Positions 1-9,282 of a stretch of 61,534 nt of DNA are shown here, in pieces. Source of the DNA: an uncultured Planctomycetales bacterium (GTDB taxonomy: Bacteria > Planctomycetota > Phycisphaerae > UBA1845 > PWPN01); assembly GCA_964615635.1 (NCBI GenBank), contig CAZTQK010000001.1, forward strand, positions 22,790-84,323, in the 5' to 3' direction. The translations under genes and the position numbers were made by a program. Below the pieces are notes generated by a model. It did no database searches and was not told the origin of the DNA. It saw nothing but the letters and a program-made list of their open reading frames with translations. The stretch's first letter is position 1, and every line of letters starts with the position of its first letter.

Positions 1-2201
1 AGCGAGTAGCTAATCGTGGTGGCAGGATTGAAGGGGTTGGGGTAGTTCTGGGACAAAGCGAACAGGTTTGGCAATGCCTCCGGTGGGCTTTCGTCAGCAA
101 GCTTTGCCGAGGCTCCGGTGTTGAAGTGACCGGAAACCATGAAAAGCTCACGTGAAGGGTTGTATCCGGTGTTCATCCACCACCCGTTATATCCTCCGGA
201 CATGGCAAACGATGAGCCTGTACACCTGAAGACATGTAGTCTCACCCCCGTCGAGTCATACATCATGCATACATCAGGCGTTCCGTCACCCGTGAAATCA
301 CCCGAAGCGACATGCAGGATTTTGTCCGCTTCGTAGTTTTCAGGCGGATTCCACCAGATTTGGTAATAGGCGAAGGATGATCCGGTAGAGCGGAAGAAAT
401 GGAGCCGTGTTAAGTGGCCGGCGCCTCCGGACCTGAAGCCCATGTAGTAGACAAGGGCTACATCGTCAATACCGTCATTGTTGAAGTCTCCGGAAACTGT
501 TCCGTGGACCCGGGCTGCTTCGTAGCTGTCAGGAGAACTCCACCAGCCGACTGTTGGGTTAAGTGTGAATGATGAACCTGTGGACTTGAAGACGTGAAGC
601 CGAGTCAGATAACCTTCTCCGGTCGAACGGTATCCCATGTGGTACACGACGCAGATATCGTCAAGACCATTGTCGTCATAGTCGCCTGACGTGAAACCGT
701 ACATGTTGTCACGGTAGTAGCTCATGACGGCATCGGAATCCCACCAGGTTTGCTTCACGAAAGCACTTCCGGTGGAGTAGAAGACATGAATCTGGAGTCT
801 GCTGGACGATTCGGCATAGAGTACCGCCACATCTTCATACTGATCGCTGTTGAAGTACCCGGAAACCATGCCAACCACTTTGGCAGGATCGTACCCCGAA
901 GAGCTAATCCACCAGCCAGTACTTCCGGTCCAGGAAAAACTTGATCCCGTGGAAAGAAACACGTGCAAGCGGCGGGACGCAGGGTAGTCATACATGTTCA
1001 CTACGTCATCAGCACCATCGCCGTTGACGTCGGCAGACACACTGGCGAGGACATCCGAGGAATTGTAGTTCGTGCTCATCCACCAACCGTATTTGCCGGT
1101 GAAATCGAACGAACTTCCGTTTGAGAGGTACATGTGGAACCGACTGGATGTACCGCCATAGTCGTAGAAGGTCGAGATGTCGGCTTTGTTGCCTGGGCCC
1201 GGTGCCGGGTCTTCGACCACATTCACCTGAAAGTGCATCCCGCCCCAGTCTTGAATCCATTCGGCGGAGTTGTGATATGGGCGGAGATACACTCTGTACA
1301 AACCAGGAGTAGCGGTTTCAGGGACCTTCCCCCAGAAGTCAAATAACGCAGCCTGATTGGTGCCAATACCTGATGATGAGGCTCGCACTATCCGTTTCCT
1401 CGTAGTTGGGTCAAGCCAAGCTGGCTTCCCATCGACGGGAAGGAGAAAGCACGAAGCTTCAGCACCTGTAGAATTGCAGGAACGCAATTCGATAGACTGG
1501 TATCCGCCATCGTTCGCCCAGTCGGGCGCGTTGTCGCTACTGGTGTTCGTAAACCAGACCTTGAAATTGCAGGATTGGCCAGGTGTCAGGTCGATTGGTT
1601 CAGTTTCGCCCGCGCTGTTCCATTGACTGGAATACTCGCAGGTCTGACCGCGGAGCCAACCTTGGACGTATAGACTTCCAATTCCTGAGATTGAATAGTG
1701 GCCGTCGTTAACTGTCATGCTGAGAACCAGGGTAGGATTAGTCTCGTGTCGATTCTGGTCGATAATGGAAACTGAATTCTCACCAACTTCAGTGATGATT
1801 CCGACGTGACCATATCCGCTCGGCCCTCCACCGAAGCAGAGAATATCGTTCTCTTTCGGGGCGGTTGTTCCGTCTTGAGCAAAGGCGCGGAGTCCTTTTG
1901 CTTCTGCTGAACCGTAGTACATGTTACCGTTGCCGGTCCAACCGGAAGTCGTGAAGTGCATTGCGTTGCTGTAGTACCTCTTCACGAACTCCACACACTG
2001 GTAGTAACCACAGCCAGAGCCAGTCCAACCTCCATTCGACTTTGCCTCCACACTGCGATAGGACCCTCTGACGCATCCATACTCTCCGGTGGCACTTTCA
2101 CCACAGTCCTGGTAACTTTCGCAGACACCATAGATGCGCGATGGTATTGCCACAAGGAAAGCCACAACGCAGGCTACTAGGACACAATAGAATGTCCTCA
2201 T
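1..2201 (-). CDS. Secreted CHAP-domain peptidase with FG-GAP/VCBS-like repeats and a T9SS C-terminal sorting domain (3' end truncated by the window edge)
   Basis: Not in the ORF track because there is no stop in the window. ATG at 2201-2199 follows GGAGGTG. My manual translation gives a signal peptide MRTFYCVLVACVVAFLVA, a CHAP Cys motif YYQCVEFVKRYY and a His motif YGHVGIITEV. The frame at the window start reads FALSQNYPNPFNPATTISYS (T9SS tail). The start codon and the terminal codons are in the same phase. Confidence 0.8.
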   Translation of the reverse strand, partial: MRTFYCVLVACVVAFLVAIPSRIYGVCESYQDCGESATGEYGCVRGSYRSVEAKSNGGWTGSGCGYYQCVEFVKRYYSNAMHFTTSGWTGNGNMYYGSAEAKGLRAFAQDGTTAPKENDILCFGGGPSGYGHVGIITEVGENSVSIIDQNRHETNPTLVLSMTVNDGHYSISGIGSLYVQGWLRGQTCEYSSQWNSAGETEPIDLTPGQSCNFKVWFTNTSSDNAPDWANDGGYQSIELRSCNSTGAEASCFLLPVDGKPAWLDPTTRKRIVRASSSGIGTNQAALFDFWGKVPETATPGLYRVYLRPYHNSAEWIQDWGGMHFQVNVVEDPAPGPGNKADISTFYDYGGTSSRFHMYLSNGSSFDFTGKYGWWMSTNYNSSDVLASVSADVNGDGADDVVNMYDYPASRRLHVFLSTGSSFSWTGSTGWWISSSGYDPAKVVGMVSGYFNSDQYEDVAVLYAESSSRLQIHVFYSTGSAFVKQTWWDSDAVMSYYRDNMYGFTSGDYDDNGLDDICVVYHMGYRSTGEGYLTRLHVFKSTGSSFTLNPTVGWWSSPDSYEAARVHGTVSGDFNNDGIDDVALVYYMGFRSGGAGHLTRLHFFRSTGSSFAYYQIWWNPPENYEADKILHVASGDFTGDGTPDVCMMYDSTGVRLHVFRCTGSSFAMSGGYNGWWMNTGYNPSRELFMVSGHFNTGASAKLADESPPEALPNLFALSQNYPNPFNPATTISYS

Positions 2202-2276
2202 GATTCACCTCCTCGGCTACATGTTGCCGTTGATTTGTTGGTTTATGATTAAGTTGTTAAAGTGCTGAGAGATTGT

Positions 2277-3128
2277 CTATTCCGCGATGTCGATTGTTGC
2301 CAATACAGCATCGAAGTAATTGACTGCAAAATTAGACGACCGTGGCTGTGCCTGAATGATCATCGTTTTACCTGCGGCCGGCACACAAACAACGGTTTTA
2401 TCTCCCTCGTCGTCCAGATTGTCTGATTCCAAATAGTAGCTAACTAATGCAGAGGTTCTTCCGTCAACCGTCAACGCAAGTTGTTTATCGAAGTTGACAA
2501 AGCTGGGTATGGGATCATCTGAGGAGCCCCACCCATGAAATCTCTTACAGTCCTCGATTGGATCACCTGACAACTCCTGATCGGCCCACCAGATGTTTAT
2601 TGATGGTTCAAGATTTGCATGCCCATTCTCACTCAGGTATAGACCACCAAGTTCTTCATCGATTGTCCAACTGCGCGGATATGAAACTTTGTAGGCTGGC
2701 TCAATGCTTCGAAAGGCCACCAGCGCTGAAGTTGACGAGTCATACGTCTGCCAGCCGGTGGTCTCAATATTGGAGTTTGAGGCAGTATTTGAGTTGTTCC
2801 CGGTCCCATTGGAGTTAAAAGGTCCCGTGTTGGCGTTCCCATTGGTTGGGCTGTTTGTATTCGTAGAACCATTTGTGGTACCCGCGTTATTCGTGTTCGG
2901 TGTGGAATTTGTATTCGAGAAAACGTTCGTGTTCGTTTCAGAGTTGATGTTCGCTGCTGAATTGGCGTTCGAACCCGAATTCACATTCCCGTTCGCGGGG
3001 CCGGTGTCTTGCCCCAGCAAGTACACGGCGTAAGCTCCTGCAGCCAAAATCAGCACAATCACAATGACCCCGAGCACTTGCTTTGCCCGTTTTGTGCCCT
3101 TCTCGGGTGTGTTTTCATATTGATCCAT
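2277..3128 (-). CDS. Membrane-anchored protein with an Asn/Ser/Thr-rich linker and a C-terminal globular domain (paralog of 5799-6542)
   Basis: The ORF track extends to a GTG at 3170. The ATG at 3128 (MDQYENTPEKGTKRAKQ) is the more likely start. One TM helix (VLGVIVIVLILAAGAYAVYLL), then a long N/S/T low-complexity stretch, then a ~170 aa domain. Confidence 0.7.
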   Translation of the reverse strand: MDQYENTPEKGTKRAKQVLGVIVIVLILAAGAYAVYLLGQDTGPANGNVNSGSNANSAANINSETNTNVFSNTNSTPNTNNAGTTNGSTNTNSPTNGNANTGPFNSNGTGNNSNTASNSNIETTGWQTYDSSTSALVAFRSIEPAYKVSYPRSWTIDEELGGLYLSENGHANLEPSINIWWADQELSGDPIEDCKRFHGWGSSDDPIPSFVNFDKQLALTVDGRTSALVSYYLESDNLDDEGDKTVVCVPAAGKTMIIQAQPRSSNFAVNYFDAVLATIDIAE

Positions 3129-3235
3129 AGAGGTAGGATTAGTCGATAATCTGTGCCTGCATCTTGCCACTTTCGGCTCAAATCCGTCAAGGCGACGGCG
3201 CTTCAGTAAGGCGGCAGTACAGTTCCCGAATTCGG

Positions 3236-3271
3236 CAACAACAAAAGCCCCTCCGGATGGTCCGAAGGGGG
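3236..3271 (-). terminator. Rho-independent terminator after the CHAP gene of cassette 2
   Basis: The minus strand reads CCCCTTCGGA-CCA-TCCGGAGGGG (one mismatch) followed by CTTTTGTTGTT, immediately 3' of the stop at 3286. Confidence 0.5.
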
Positions 3272-3285
3272 TAAAGAGTCAAAGT

Positions 3286-5721
3286 CTACTTGAGCAAGAT
3301 CATCTTCCTTGTTTCCACCGCTTCAGGCGTAGAGAGCCTGTAGAGGTAGATTCCGGAAGAGAATCCAACTGATTCCCAGAGTACGGTGTGCTCACCAGCT
3401 GTTTGGTGTTCGTCGACCAGGGTTGCGACTTTCTGGCCGAGGATGTTGAAAACGTCCAGACGGACGTGCGTAGCAGAAGGTAGCGAGTAGCTAATCGTGG
3501 TGGCAGGATTGAAGGGGTTGGGGTAGTTCTGGGACAGAGCGAACTTGCTTGGCACTGTCTCCGGTGGGCTTTCGTCAGCAAGTTTCGGACTGCCTTCAGT
3601 CTCGATGCCCCAGCCATCAAGCCAGGAGTTGTTGTAGTCGGTGCCGTTTGTGGGATTGAAGAAAGGAGGAGGCCCGGCGTTATTGTATGCCACGAACCAG
3701 CGGCCGTACTTTGGCGTATAGGCGATAAGATCGACGTATCCGTCTCCGGTGACGTCCTTTGTAAACGTTTGCCACCCGAGAGTTCCGTCTTCAACTGCCC
3801 ATCCGGTAAGCCAGGCGCCGTTCGCCCCCGCACCGTTCGCTTGGGCAAAGTACCCGTTCCAGTTGTATGCGACACACCACTTACCTTCGGACGGCTTGTA
3901 CACGATGACATCGTCATACGCATCGGATGAGCTCTTGCCGAAAAAGTTCTTCCACGTGGTCGAACTTCCCGTTGCCCACGAATCCAGCCAGACCCCGCCT
4001 GACGGAGCGAAGCTCGCACCCGACCGGTACGCTCCGAACCAGCGACCCGTTCCCGGGTGGTAACAGCCGATGTCATGATATCCATCAGTGTTCAATCTGC
4101 CAGTGAACGGCCAATAGGTACCGTACGAACCGTCTCCCCAGTCATCGAGCCAAAGACCTTGGCTTGCGAATGACTTGGAGCCGGAATTGTAGGCGACATA
4201 CCATCTGCCAGTAACCGGATGGAATACGGCGATGTCAAACAATGCGTCACCGTTGTACTTGCCGGTCATTGGGATGTAATCGGTGGAACTGCCGGTTGCC
4301 CAGCCGTCGATCCACGAGCTATTGGCATACGGACCGGAAGCAGGGACAAAGTGGTGCGTCGAACTGTACTGGTTGTATGCGACAAACCAACGACCCGTCC
4401 CCGGGTGGTAGACACAGATCTCGTCGTACCCGTCACCAGAGAAATCAGCCACGACAAGCTTGTATCCACCGCCCCCAGCCCAGTTTTCAAGCCAGGGCTC
4501 GGGTTCGGGTATGTATCGCTTGTTTGGCAGGTCGCACATGGCAACATACCAGGTACCGGTCGTAGTTTCCCATAACCCAACGTCACCCTTGCCATCGCCA
4601 TTGAAATCACCGGTGAACGCCACGAAGTTTTCGCCCGAAAGTTCCGGATCCACCACATTCACCTGAAAGCTCAAACCTCCCCAGCCATCCGATATGAATC
4701 CGTGAGTGGCGTGGTGAAGGCTGAAATATACAGGTACAGGACTCGAAGTCGGGCTCGCTCCCGAAGGAATATACCCATCGAACTCGAACGTGGCAATGAC
4801 ACCCGGAGGGACACTCGCCTCGTTAAACGACGTGACGTGTGCGTGGTCCGCATCGGGCATCCAGCCAAGTGAGGAATTCCACGGGTTGTTCAAGAAGCTC
4901 TGTCCGTTAATCGTGCTCCCATTGGACATGCAGGACATCAGTCCAACCCAGTTCGGATCAGACTGATTCTTCGACCACGTGAAGTTGCAGAGGTTCTTGT
5001 ATCTGACCTTAAAGCGTTTGGTCGGCCCACCTGCCGTCATGGTTGTTTGGTTTGTCAGCTCGTTGTTCACGAACTGCGCTCCACCTTCTTGAGAAGTTGG
5101 GAGGGCAATTTTGTAGATTGGTTGCGGACCTATGTAGTTTGGGTCACGGAGCCAACCTTGAGTCGTATAGCTCTGTCCAATGGACTGGATGCTATATTTC
5201 CCGACGCCATCCACGTATAGGTTGCGTTCCAATTCAGCGGAGATATTGCTTCTGTTTTGGTCGATAATAACCACCTTCATTGCGTTGAGATCAACGCTTT
5301 TGATGATTGCGACATGACCGTAAGTATTGCCGCTTTGACAGTAAATATCTCCCGCAGCCGGTGGGACAAAGGATTCACCGTTGGCGTATTGATAGAGACC
5401 GTCATTGTTGTGCCAAGTGGAGAATGCACTGACTGCGTAGCCCGGACTACCAAGAGAACTCAGGGCGTTGTCTACTTCCTCGTCATAGAAGCGTTTTACG
5501 AATTCTACGCATTGGTAGTCGCCACATGCGGTGGCCGTCCACCCGCCATTGGAGTACGCTGTGATTCCTTGAAATGATCCGAGTGGACATTCGTAATTGC
5601 CTGACGACCACTCTCCGTTAGCGCCGCACCCCTCATCAAAGTAACTTCTGGGGCATTCTGCGCTTAAGCTGCCTGAAAGTGCGGTAAGCAACAAGCCGCA
5701 CAGCATTGACATAACTCTCAT
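3286..5721 (-). CDS. Secreted CHAP-domain peptidase with six FG-GAP/VCBS-like repeats and a T9SS (Por) C-terminal sorting domain
   Basis: 811 aa ORF. Signal peptide MRVMSMLCGLLLTALSGSLSA. CHAP motifs YQCVEFVKRFY and YGHVAIIKSV. Repeats of the type DFNGDGKGDVGLW / DFSGDGYDEICVYHPGTGRWFVAY occur six times. The tail is SQNYPNPFNPATTISYSL...GIYLYRL...KMILLK. Confidence 0.9.
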   Translation of the reverse strand: MRVMSMLCGLLLTALSGSLSAECPRSYFDEGCGANGEWSSGNYECPLGSFQGITAYSNGGWTATACGDYQCVEFVKRFYDEEVDNALSSLGSPGYAVSAFSTWHNNDGLYQYANGESFVPPAAGDIYCQSGNTYGHVAIIKSVDLNAMKVVIIDQNRSNISAELERNLYVDGVGKYSIQSIGQSYTTQGWLRDPNYIGPQPIYKIALPTSQEGGAQFVNNELTNQTTMTAGGPTKRFKVRYKNLCNFTWSKNQSDPNWVGLMSCMSNGSTINGQSFLNNPWNSSLGWMPDADHAHVTSFNEASVPPGVIATFEFDGYIPSGASPTSSPVPVYFSLHHATHGFISDGWGGLSFQVNVVDPELSGENFVAFTGDFNGDGKGDVGLWETTTGTWYVAMCDLPNKRYIPEPEPWLENWAGGGGYKLVVADFSGDGYDEICVYHPGTGRWFVAYNQYSSTHHFVPASGPYANSSWIDGWATGSSTDYIPMTGKYNGDALFDIAVFHPVTGRWYVAYNSGSKSFASQGLWLDDWGDGSYGTYWPFTGRLNTDGYHDIGCYHPGTGRWFGAYRSGASFAPSGGVWLDSWATGSSTTWKNFFGKSSSDAYDDVIVYKPSEGKWCVAYNWNGYFAQANGAGANGAWLTGWAVEDGTLGWQTFTKDVTGDGYVDLIAYTPKYGRWFVAYNNAGPPPFFNPTNGTDYNNSWLDGWGIETEGSPKLADESPPETVPSKFALSQNYPNPFNPATTISYSLPSATHVRLDVFNILGQKVATLVDEHQTAGEHTVLWESVGFSSGIYLYRLSTPEAVETRKMILLK

Positions 5722-5798
5722 GGGTAACCTCCTCTAGAGACTGTTTGGATGTTTATTGTGATTCAGTTGTAATGAACGATTTGTGTCTACTGCTATGT

Positions 5799-6542
5799 CT
5801 ATTTCAAGAACGTGAGTGATTCTACTACGGAGCGAACCAACGCCAATTCGTCTGAAAGGTCGGTCTGCGCCCTTAGGTCGTTGTAGGTATCGTTATCCGA
5901 AAGCGGATATCGTACGGCGTACTCGGCATAGATCTCATGCGAGCCAATCTTGGGGAACACATTACCCGAGGTTCCTAAGTACCATTCTTTAACCTTGTCG
6001 CTATGGACCAAGATCGTTGCCGCGACGTTGGTGTCTTGTATGCTTACACTTGATGAGTTTTCATACGTGTAACCGTCTCCCTGATCCGCGAAGAACAGTG
6101 TTCGGGATGTAATTGCGGAGTCATCATCTGCATCTCGCACTCCGAGCGTGAGAACTCGGTCCTTGAGCGTATTCGTTATTGCCACATAGTTGACTCCACT
6201 GGAATGTTCCTCTACTGACCAGCCATTCGGGATGGTAAGTGAAATGCCGAGATCACTATTGCTGTATGGTTGCCAAGCGCCAGCATTTGTATTTCCTAAC
6301 GTATTCGTGATGGCGGCATTCGTATTGCTGGCTTGTCGGTTCGTATTCCTTTCAGAGTTGATGTTCGCTGTCGTATTCGCGTTCGATCCCGAATTGACAT
6401 TTCCGTTCGCGGGGTTGTTGTCTTGCCCAAGCAAGTACACGGCGTAAACCGCCGCGGACACGGCGAGCACAATCACAATGACCCCGAGCACTTGCTTTGC
6501 CCGTTTTGTGCCCGGTTGGGGCGTGTTTTCATTTTGATCCAT
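5799..6542 (-). CDS. Membrane-anchored Asn-rich protein (paralog of 2277-3128)
   Basis: Same N-terminus (MDQNENTPQPGTKRAKQVLGVIVIVL) and N-rich linker as 2277-3128, with a different C-terminal domain. ATG at 6542 is preferred over the GTG at 6584. Confidence 0.7.
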   Translation of the reverse strand: MDQNENTPQPGTKRAKQVLGVIVIVLAVSAAVYAVYLLGQDNNPANGNVNSGSNANTTANINSERNTNRQASNTNAAITNTLGNTNAGAWQPYSNSDLGISLTIPNGWSVEEHSSGVNYVAITNTLKDRVLTLGVRDADDDSAITSRTLFFADQGDGYTYENSSSVSIQDTNVAATILVHSDKVKEWYLGTSGNVFPKIGSHEIYAEYAVRYPLSDNDTYNDLRAQTDLSDELALVRSVVESLTFLK

Positions 6543-6787
6543 AGAGGTAGGATTAGTCGATAATCTGTGCCTGCATCTTGCCACTTCCGGCGTTAATTCG
6601 TCAAGGCGACGGCGCTGTTTCGAGGCGGCTGAAAAGTTGCCTAGATCGGCAATTGATTGCGTGTGCGACTCCCTTAGGATCGGAGGGCAACCAGCTTCGC
6701 GCGTGCCAGTGGTTTGGCATCCGGAGCAGGCAAACGCCCTTTCCCAATCAAATCAACCGATCCAAAAACATCAGAAAGGAGAGCCGC

Positions 6788-7438
6788 ATGAGAAACGGCA
6801 ATCTCGTGACAACGATCGAGATTAAGGACAAGCAGGGCCGGGTCGTGGCGACCAAAGAGGTTGTCACGTACGCTGGCCTTCTTAATCGAGCCCACCAGGA
6901 GGGCCTGAAAAAGGTAATAACCAGGCTGGTTCAAGCGCCTTCCAAGGACAACGAAATGACGGCGATTTCCATGGCAAAAGTGGTGACGGACAGAGGGGTG
7001 TTCATCGAGTGCGGCGACGCCAATCCCGGCAACGTCAACTCGAAGATCATTCCCCACATTATCCGTATGTCAGTCACCCGGGCGAAGGCTCGTGCCATGC
7101 GAGACGCGGTCAATATCGGGGTCATCTCGCTTGAGGAACTGGCAGAGGAATTCGGGAACGGAAACGGCAATGGAAACGGCAACGGGAGCGGAACTCCGTT
7201 ATCCACAGACCGGGCCAAGCCCGCGACCGATTCCGACAAACCGATGTCGGTGTCCCAGAGGAAATACTTGTTCAGGCTTTTGGCTGAAAGGGGCAAAACC
7301 GAAGAGGAAGCCGAGAGCTGGCTTCGTGCCGCCCTTGAAGTCGGAAGCCTCGACCATGTCACCAGGAAGACGGCCAGTGACATGATCAACCACCTGCTTG
7401 AAACCGCGAACCTGCCCGAAGCACAGGCGAAGGCATAG
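6788..7438 (+). CDS. Hypothetical protein, possibly a DNA-binding/single-strand-annealing-like leading-region protein with a (Gly-Asn)n linker
   Basis: ATG at 6788 is preceded by AAAGGAG; the track ORF from 6578 is an N-terminal over-extension. The motif IIRMSVTRAKARAMRDAVNIG loosely resembles the conserved helix of Rad52/Sak-type annealases (weak). GNGNGNGNGNGSG linker. Confidence 0.55.
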   Translation: MRNGNLVTTIEIKDKQGRVVATKEVVTYAGLLNRAHQEGLKKVITRLVQAPSKDNEMTAISMAKVVTDRGVFIECGDANPGNVNSKIIPHIIRMSVTRAKARAMRDAVNIGVISLEELAEEFGNGNGNGNGNGSGTPLSTDRAKPATDSDKPMSVSQRKYLFRLLAERGKTEEEAESWLRAALEVGSLDHVTRKTASDMINHLLETANLPEAQAKA

Positions 7439-7451
7439 AAAGGAGGGAACA

Positions 7452-8513
7452 GTGACAAACCTGTATGAAGCCCACCACCAGTGGGCCGTCCGGCCCCCGG
7501 ACGAACGGTTTCCGTCTCTTGAATCGCTCCACGAATACGTGAAAGCAAGGCGGGACCAGTCGTTCGAAGAGTCACGCCGCTTGAGCCAGGTTGAAGTGAA
7601 GCTGCTTCCCGACGGCAACCTAGGCGTGAATGGCGAACAGCCCGTGGCCTCGTTCACCAATTGGTCGTTCGGACAGCTAGCACTTATCGCCGGCGCTCCA
7701 GCGCGGTATCTCCGTACCTTGTCACCGGATCTCACCCGGGACTGCCTTAAGCACGGCCTCGCGAAGTCTGACGGAAGCTACAGGCTCCTCGTGCGCGGCT
7801 CGTATAACGGGTCAGTCAATTCCCAGGCGGCGGCCTTCACCAGCGACAGCTACGGCCGGATCTGGGATATCGACGTCCTGTCAAGCCTCGTCGAAGGAGT
7901 AAAGGATTCCGGCTGGCACATGCCAAAGGCGCAGGATCAAAACGGGTCTGGGAATGCGGGACTTTACGCCTCTGACCGGGACATGTTTGTCTTCATGGTG
8001 AATGACGAGAAGCCTGTCGAGGTCGGAAACGCGCGGCTCGGTCGCGGGTTCTTTTGCTGGAACTCCGAAACCGGCTCCGCTACTTTCGGACTCACGACCT
8101 TTCTCTACAACTACGTCTGCGGGAATCATATCGTGTGGGGGGCCGAGGACGTGAACGAACTCCGGATCATCCACCGGACGCACGCCTTTGACCGCTTCTA
8201 CCACGAGGCGCTTCCGGTCCTGAACCGTTTTGTTGAGAGTCGGTCGGAATCCTCAAGGATCCAGAATATGGTGTCTGAGGCGATGAGCCGCACGCTCGCG
8301 CCCGAGCTTCCGGGTCTTCTCAAGTGGTCCGAGGGAAGACCGTTCACCAAGCGGGAAATCACGCAGGCGTGGGAATTGGCGCAGGCTGATGGTGACGACC
8401 CATCGACCGCATGGGGCCTTGTCCAGGGCTTGACCGCCTATGCCCGGCAGATCAAACACACCGACAGCCGGGTGAATCTGGAAAGACGGGCCGGTTCATT
8501 GCTGAAATCATAG
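7452..8513 (+). CDS. DUF932 (phage/plasmid-like) family protein
   Basis: GTG at 7452 lies 5 nt after GAAAGGAGGG. FCWNSETGSATFGLTTFLYNYVCGNHIVWG resembles the DUF932 core (NS-x-DGS-type motif). This family is typical of ICE/plasmid leading regions. Confidence 0.75.
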   Translation: MTNLYEAHHQWAVRPPDERFPSLESLHEYVKARRDQSFEESRRLSQVEVKLLPDGNLGVNGEQPVASFTNWSFGQLALIAGAPARYLRTLSPDLTRDCLKHGLAKSDGSYRLLVRGSYNGSVNSQAAAFTSDSYGRIWDIDVLSSLVEGVKDSGWHMPKAQDQNGSGNAGLYASDRDMFVFMVNDEKPVEVGNARLGRGFFCWNSETGSATFGLTTFLYNYVCGNHIVWGAEDVNELRIIHRTHAFDRFYHEALPVLNRFVESRSESSRIQNMVSEAMSRTLAPELPGLLKWSEGRPFTKREITQAWELAQADGDDPSTAWGLVQGLTAYARQIKHTDSRVNLERRAGSLLKS

Positions 8514-8548
8514 TCAGAAAGAAAGAGTGGAAAGGGCACGGTTGCTAC

Positions 8549-8584
8549 AGAGGGTTTGGACCCAGGATCCAAGCCCTCTTTTTC
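8549..8584 (+). terminator. Rho-independent terminator after the DUF932 gene
   Basis: AGAGGGTTTGGA-CCCAGGA-TCCAAGCCCTCT (12 bp stem, one G-T pair) followed by TTTTT. Confidence 0.6.
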
Positions 8585-8619
8585 CATTTCCTCCTTATAT
8601 CTATCTTGAAATCTATTCC

Positions 8620-8648
8620 TTGACACCGATTTTGACATGCCTTATACT
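8620..8648 (+). promoter_or_regulatory. Sigma70-like promoter for the abiEi-abiEii pair
   Basis: TTGACA, a 17 nt spacer, then TATACT, about 45 nt upstream of the ATG at 8692. Confidence 0.5.
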
Positions 8649-8691
8649 ATGAACTGATAGTGAGATTGGTACCCCTTTCTGGTCCAAAAAT

Positions 8692-9276
8692 ATGATTAGA
8701 GGCGATTACATCAAAATCCTGCTCCGGTCGAAGAAAACGGTCTTTTCCGTCAAGGACATCGCCTTGCTTTGGGGCGATCCGGGAACCAATGCCGCCCGTG
8801 CCCGCCTCAAATACTATGTCCAGAACGGCGACCTCCACCGCATCCGCCAAGGGCTCTACGCCAAAGACCGCAACTACGACCGTCTGGAACTTGCGACCCG
8901 GATCTTCACCCCTTCGTACGTCAGTTTCGAGACCGTCCTTGCAAAAGCGGGCGTCACGTTTCAGTTTTACAATCGAATCTTCGTGGCGACCTACCTGACC
9001 CGCGAAGTCGTCTGTGACGGCCAGACCTACCAATTCAGGAAAGTCAAAGACGTGATCCTGGCTAATTCAGAAGGCGTGGACAATTCCGGCGAACGCTCGA
9101 TCGCGACAGCTGAACGCGCATTCCTGGACACCCTGTATGTAAGCACCGACTATCATTTCGATAACCTGACGCCGCTCAACTGGGACAAGGTCTTCGCACT
9201 CCTCCCGCTTTATGACAACAAGCGAATGGCAAAACAGGTGAATGTCCTGCACAAACACCAACAGGCTGAAAGCTAA
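8692..9276 (+). CDS. AbiEi-family antitoxin/transcriptional regulator (type IV TA)
   Basis: 194 aa. N-terminal wHTH-like region (FSVKDIALLWGDPGTNAARARLKYYVQNGDLHRIRQGLY). It sits 6 nt upstream of an AbiEii-like gene. Confidence 0.75.
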   Translation: MIRGDYIKILLRSKKTVFSVKDIALLWGDPGTNAARARLKYYVQNGDLHRIRQGLYAKDRNYDRLELATRIFTPSYVSFETVLAKAGVTFQFYNRIFVATYLTREVVCDGQTYQFRKVKDVILANSEGVDNSGERSIATAERAFLDTLYVSTDYHFDNLTPLNWDKVFALLPLYDNKRMAKQVNVLHKHQQAES

Positions 9277-9282
9277 CCTTGT

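Larger units (their letters stand above)
1..6590. repeat. Tandem duplication of a ~3.4 kb two-gene cassette (unit 1 approx 1-3175, cut by the window edge; unit 2 approx 3482-6590)
   Basis: Positions 1-55 are identical to 3482-3536 by eye. 3040-3175 is nearly identical to 6455-6590 (5' UTR plus the first ~45 codons of the small gene). The interiors are diverged. Confidence 0.85.

Noticed and set aside
2704-3033. Plus-strand ORFs antisense to the Asn-rich linkers (2704-3033 and 6190-6447), rich in Phe and Val
   Set aside because: These are mirror images of the AAC/AAT-rich low-complexity coding sequence on the minus strand, not independent genes.
3300-4085. 261-aa alternative minus-strand frame inside the CHAP gene
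   Set aside because: It is off-frame, has Ser/Thr/Arg/Pro-rich composition, and lies entirely within the 811-aa ORF that carries recognisable domains.
6578-6787. The N-terminal 70 codons of track ORF 6578-7438 (and the similar over-extensions 36624-36758, 39221-39304, 32848-33036, 7398-7451)
   Set aside because: The upstream parts lack an RBS and overlap neighbouring genes or promoter regions. In each case an internal start has a good Shine-Dalgarno motif or yields a sensible N-terminus.
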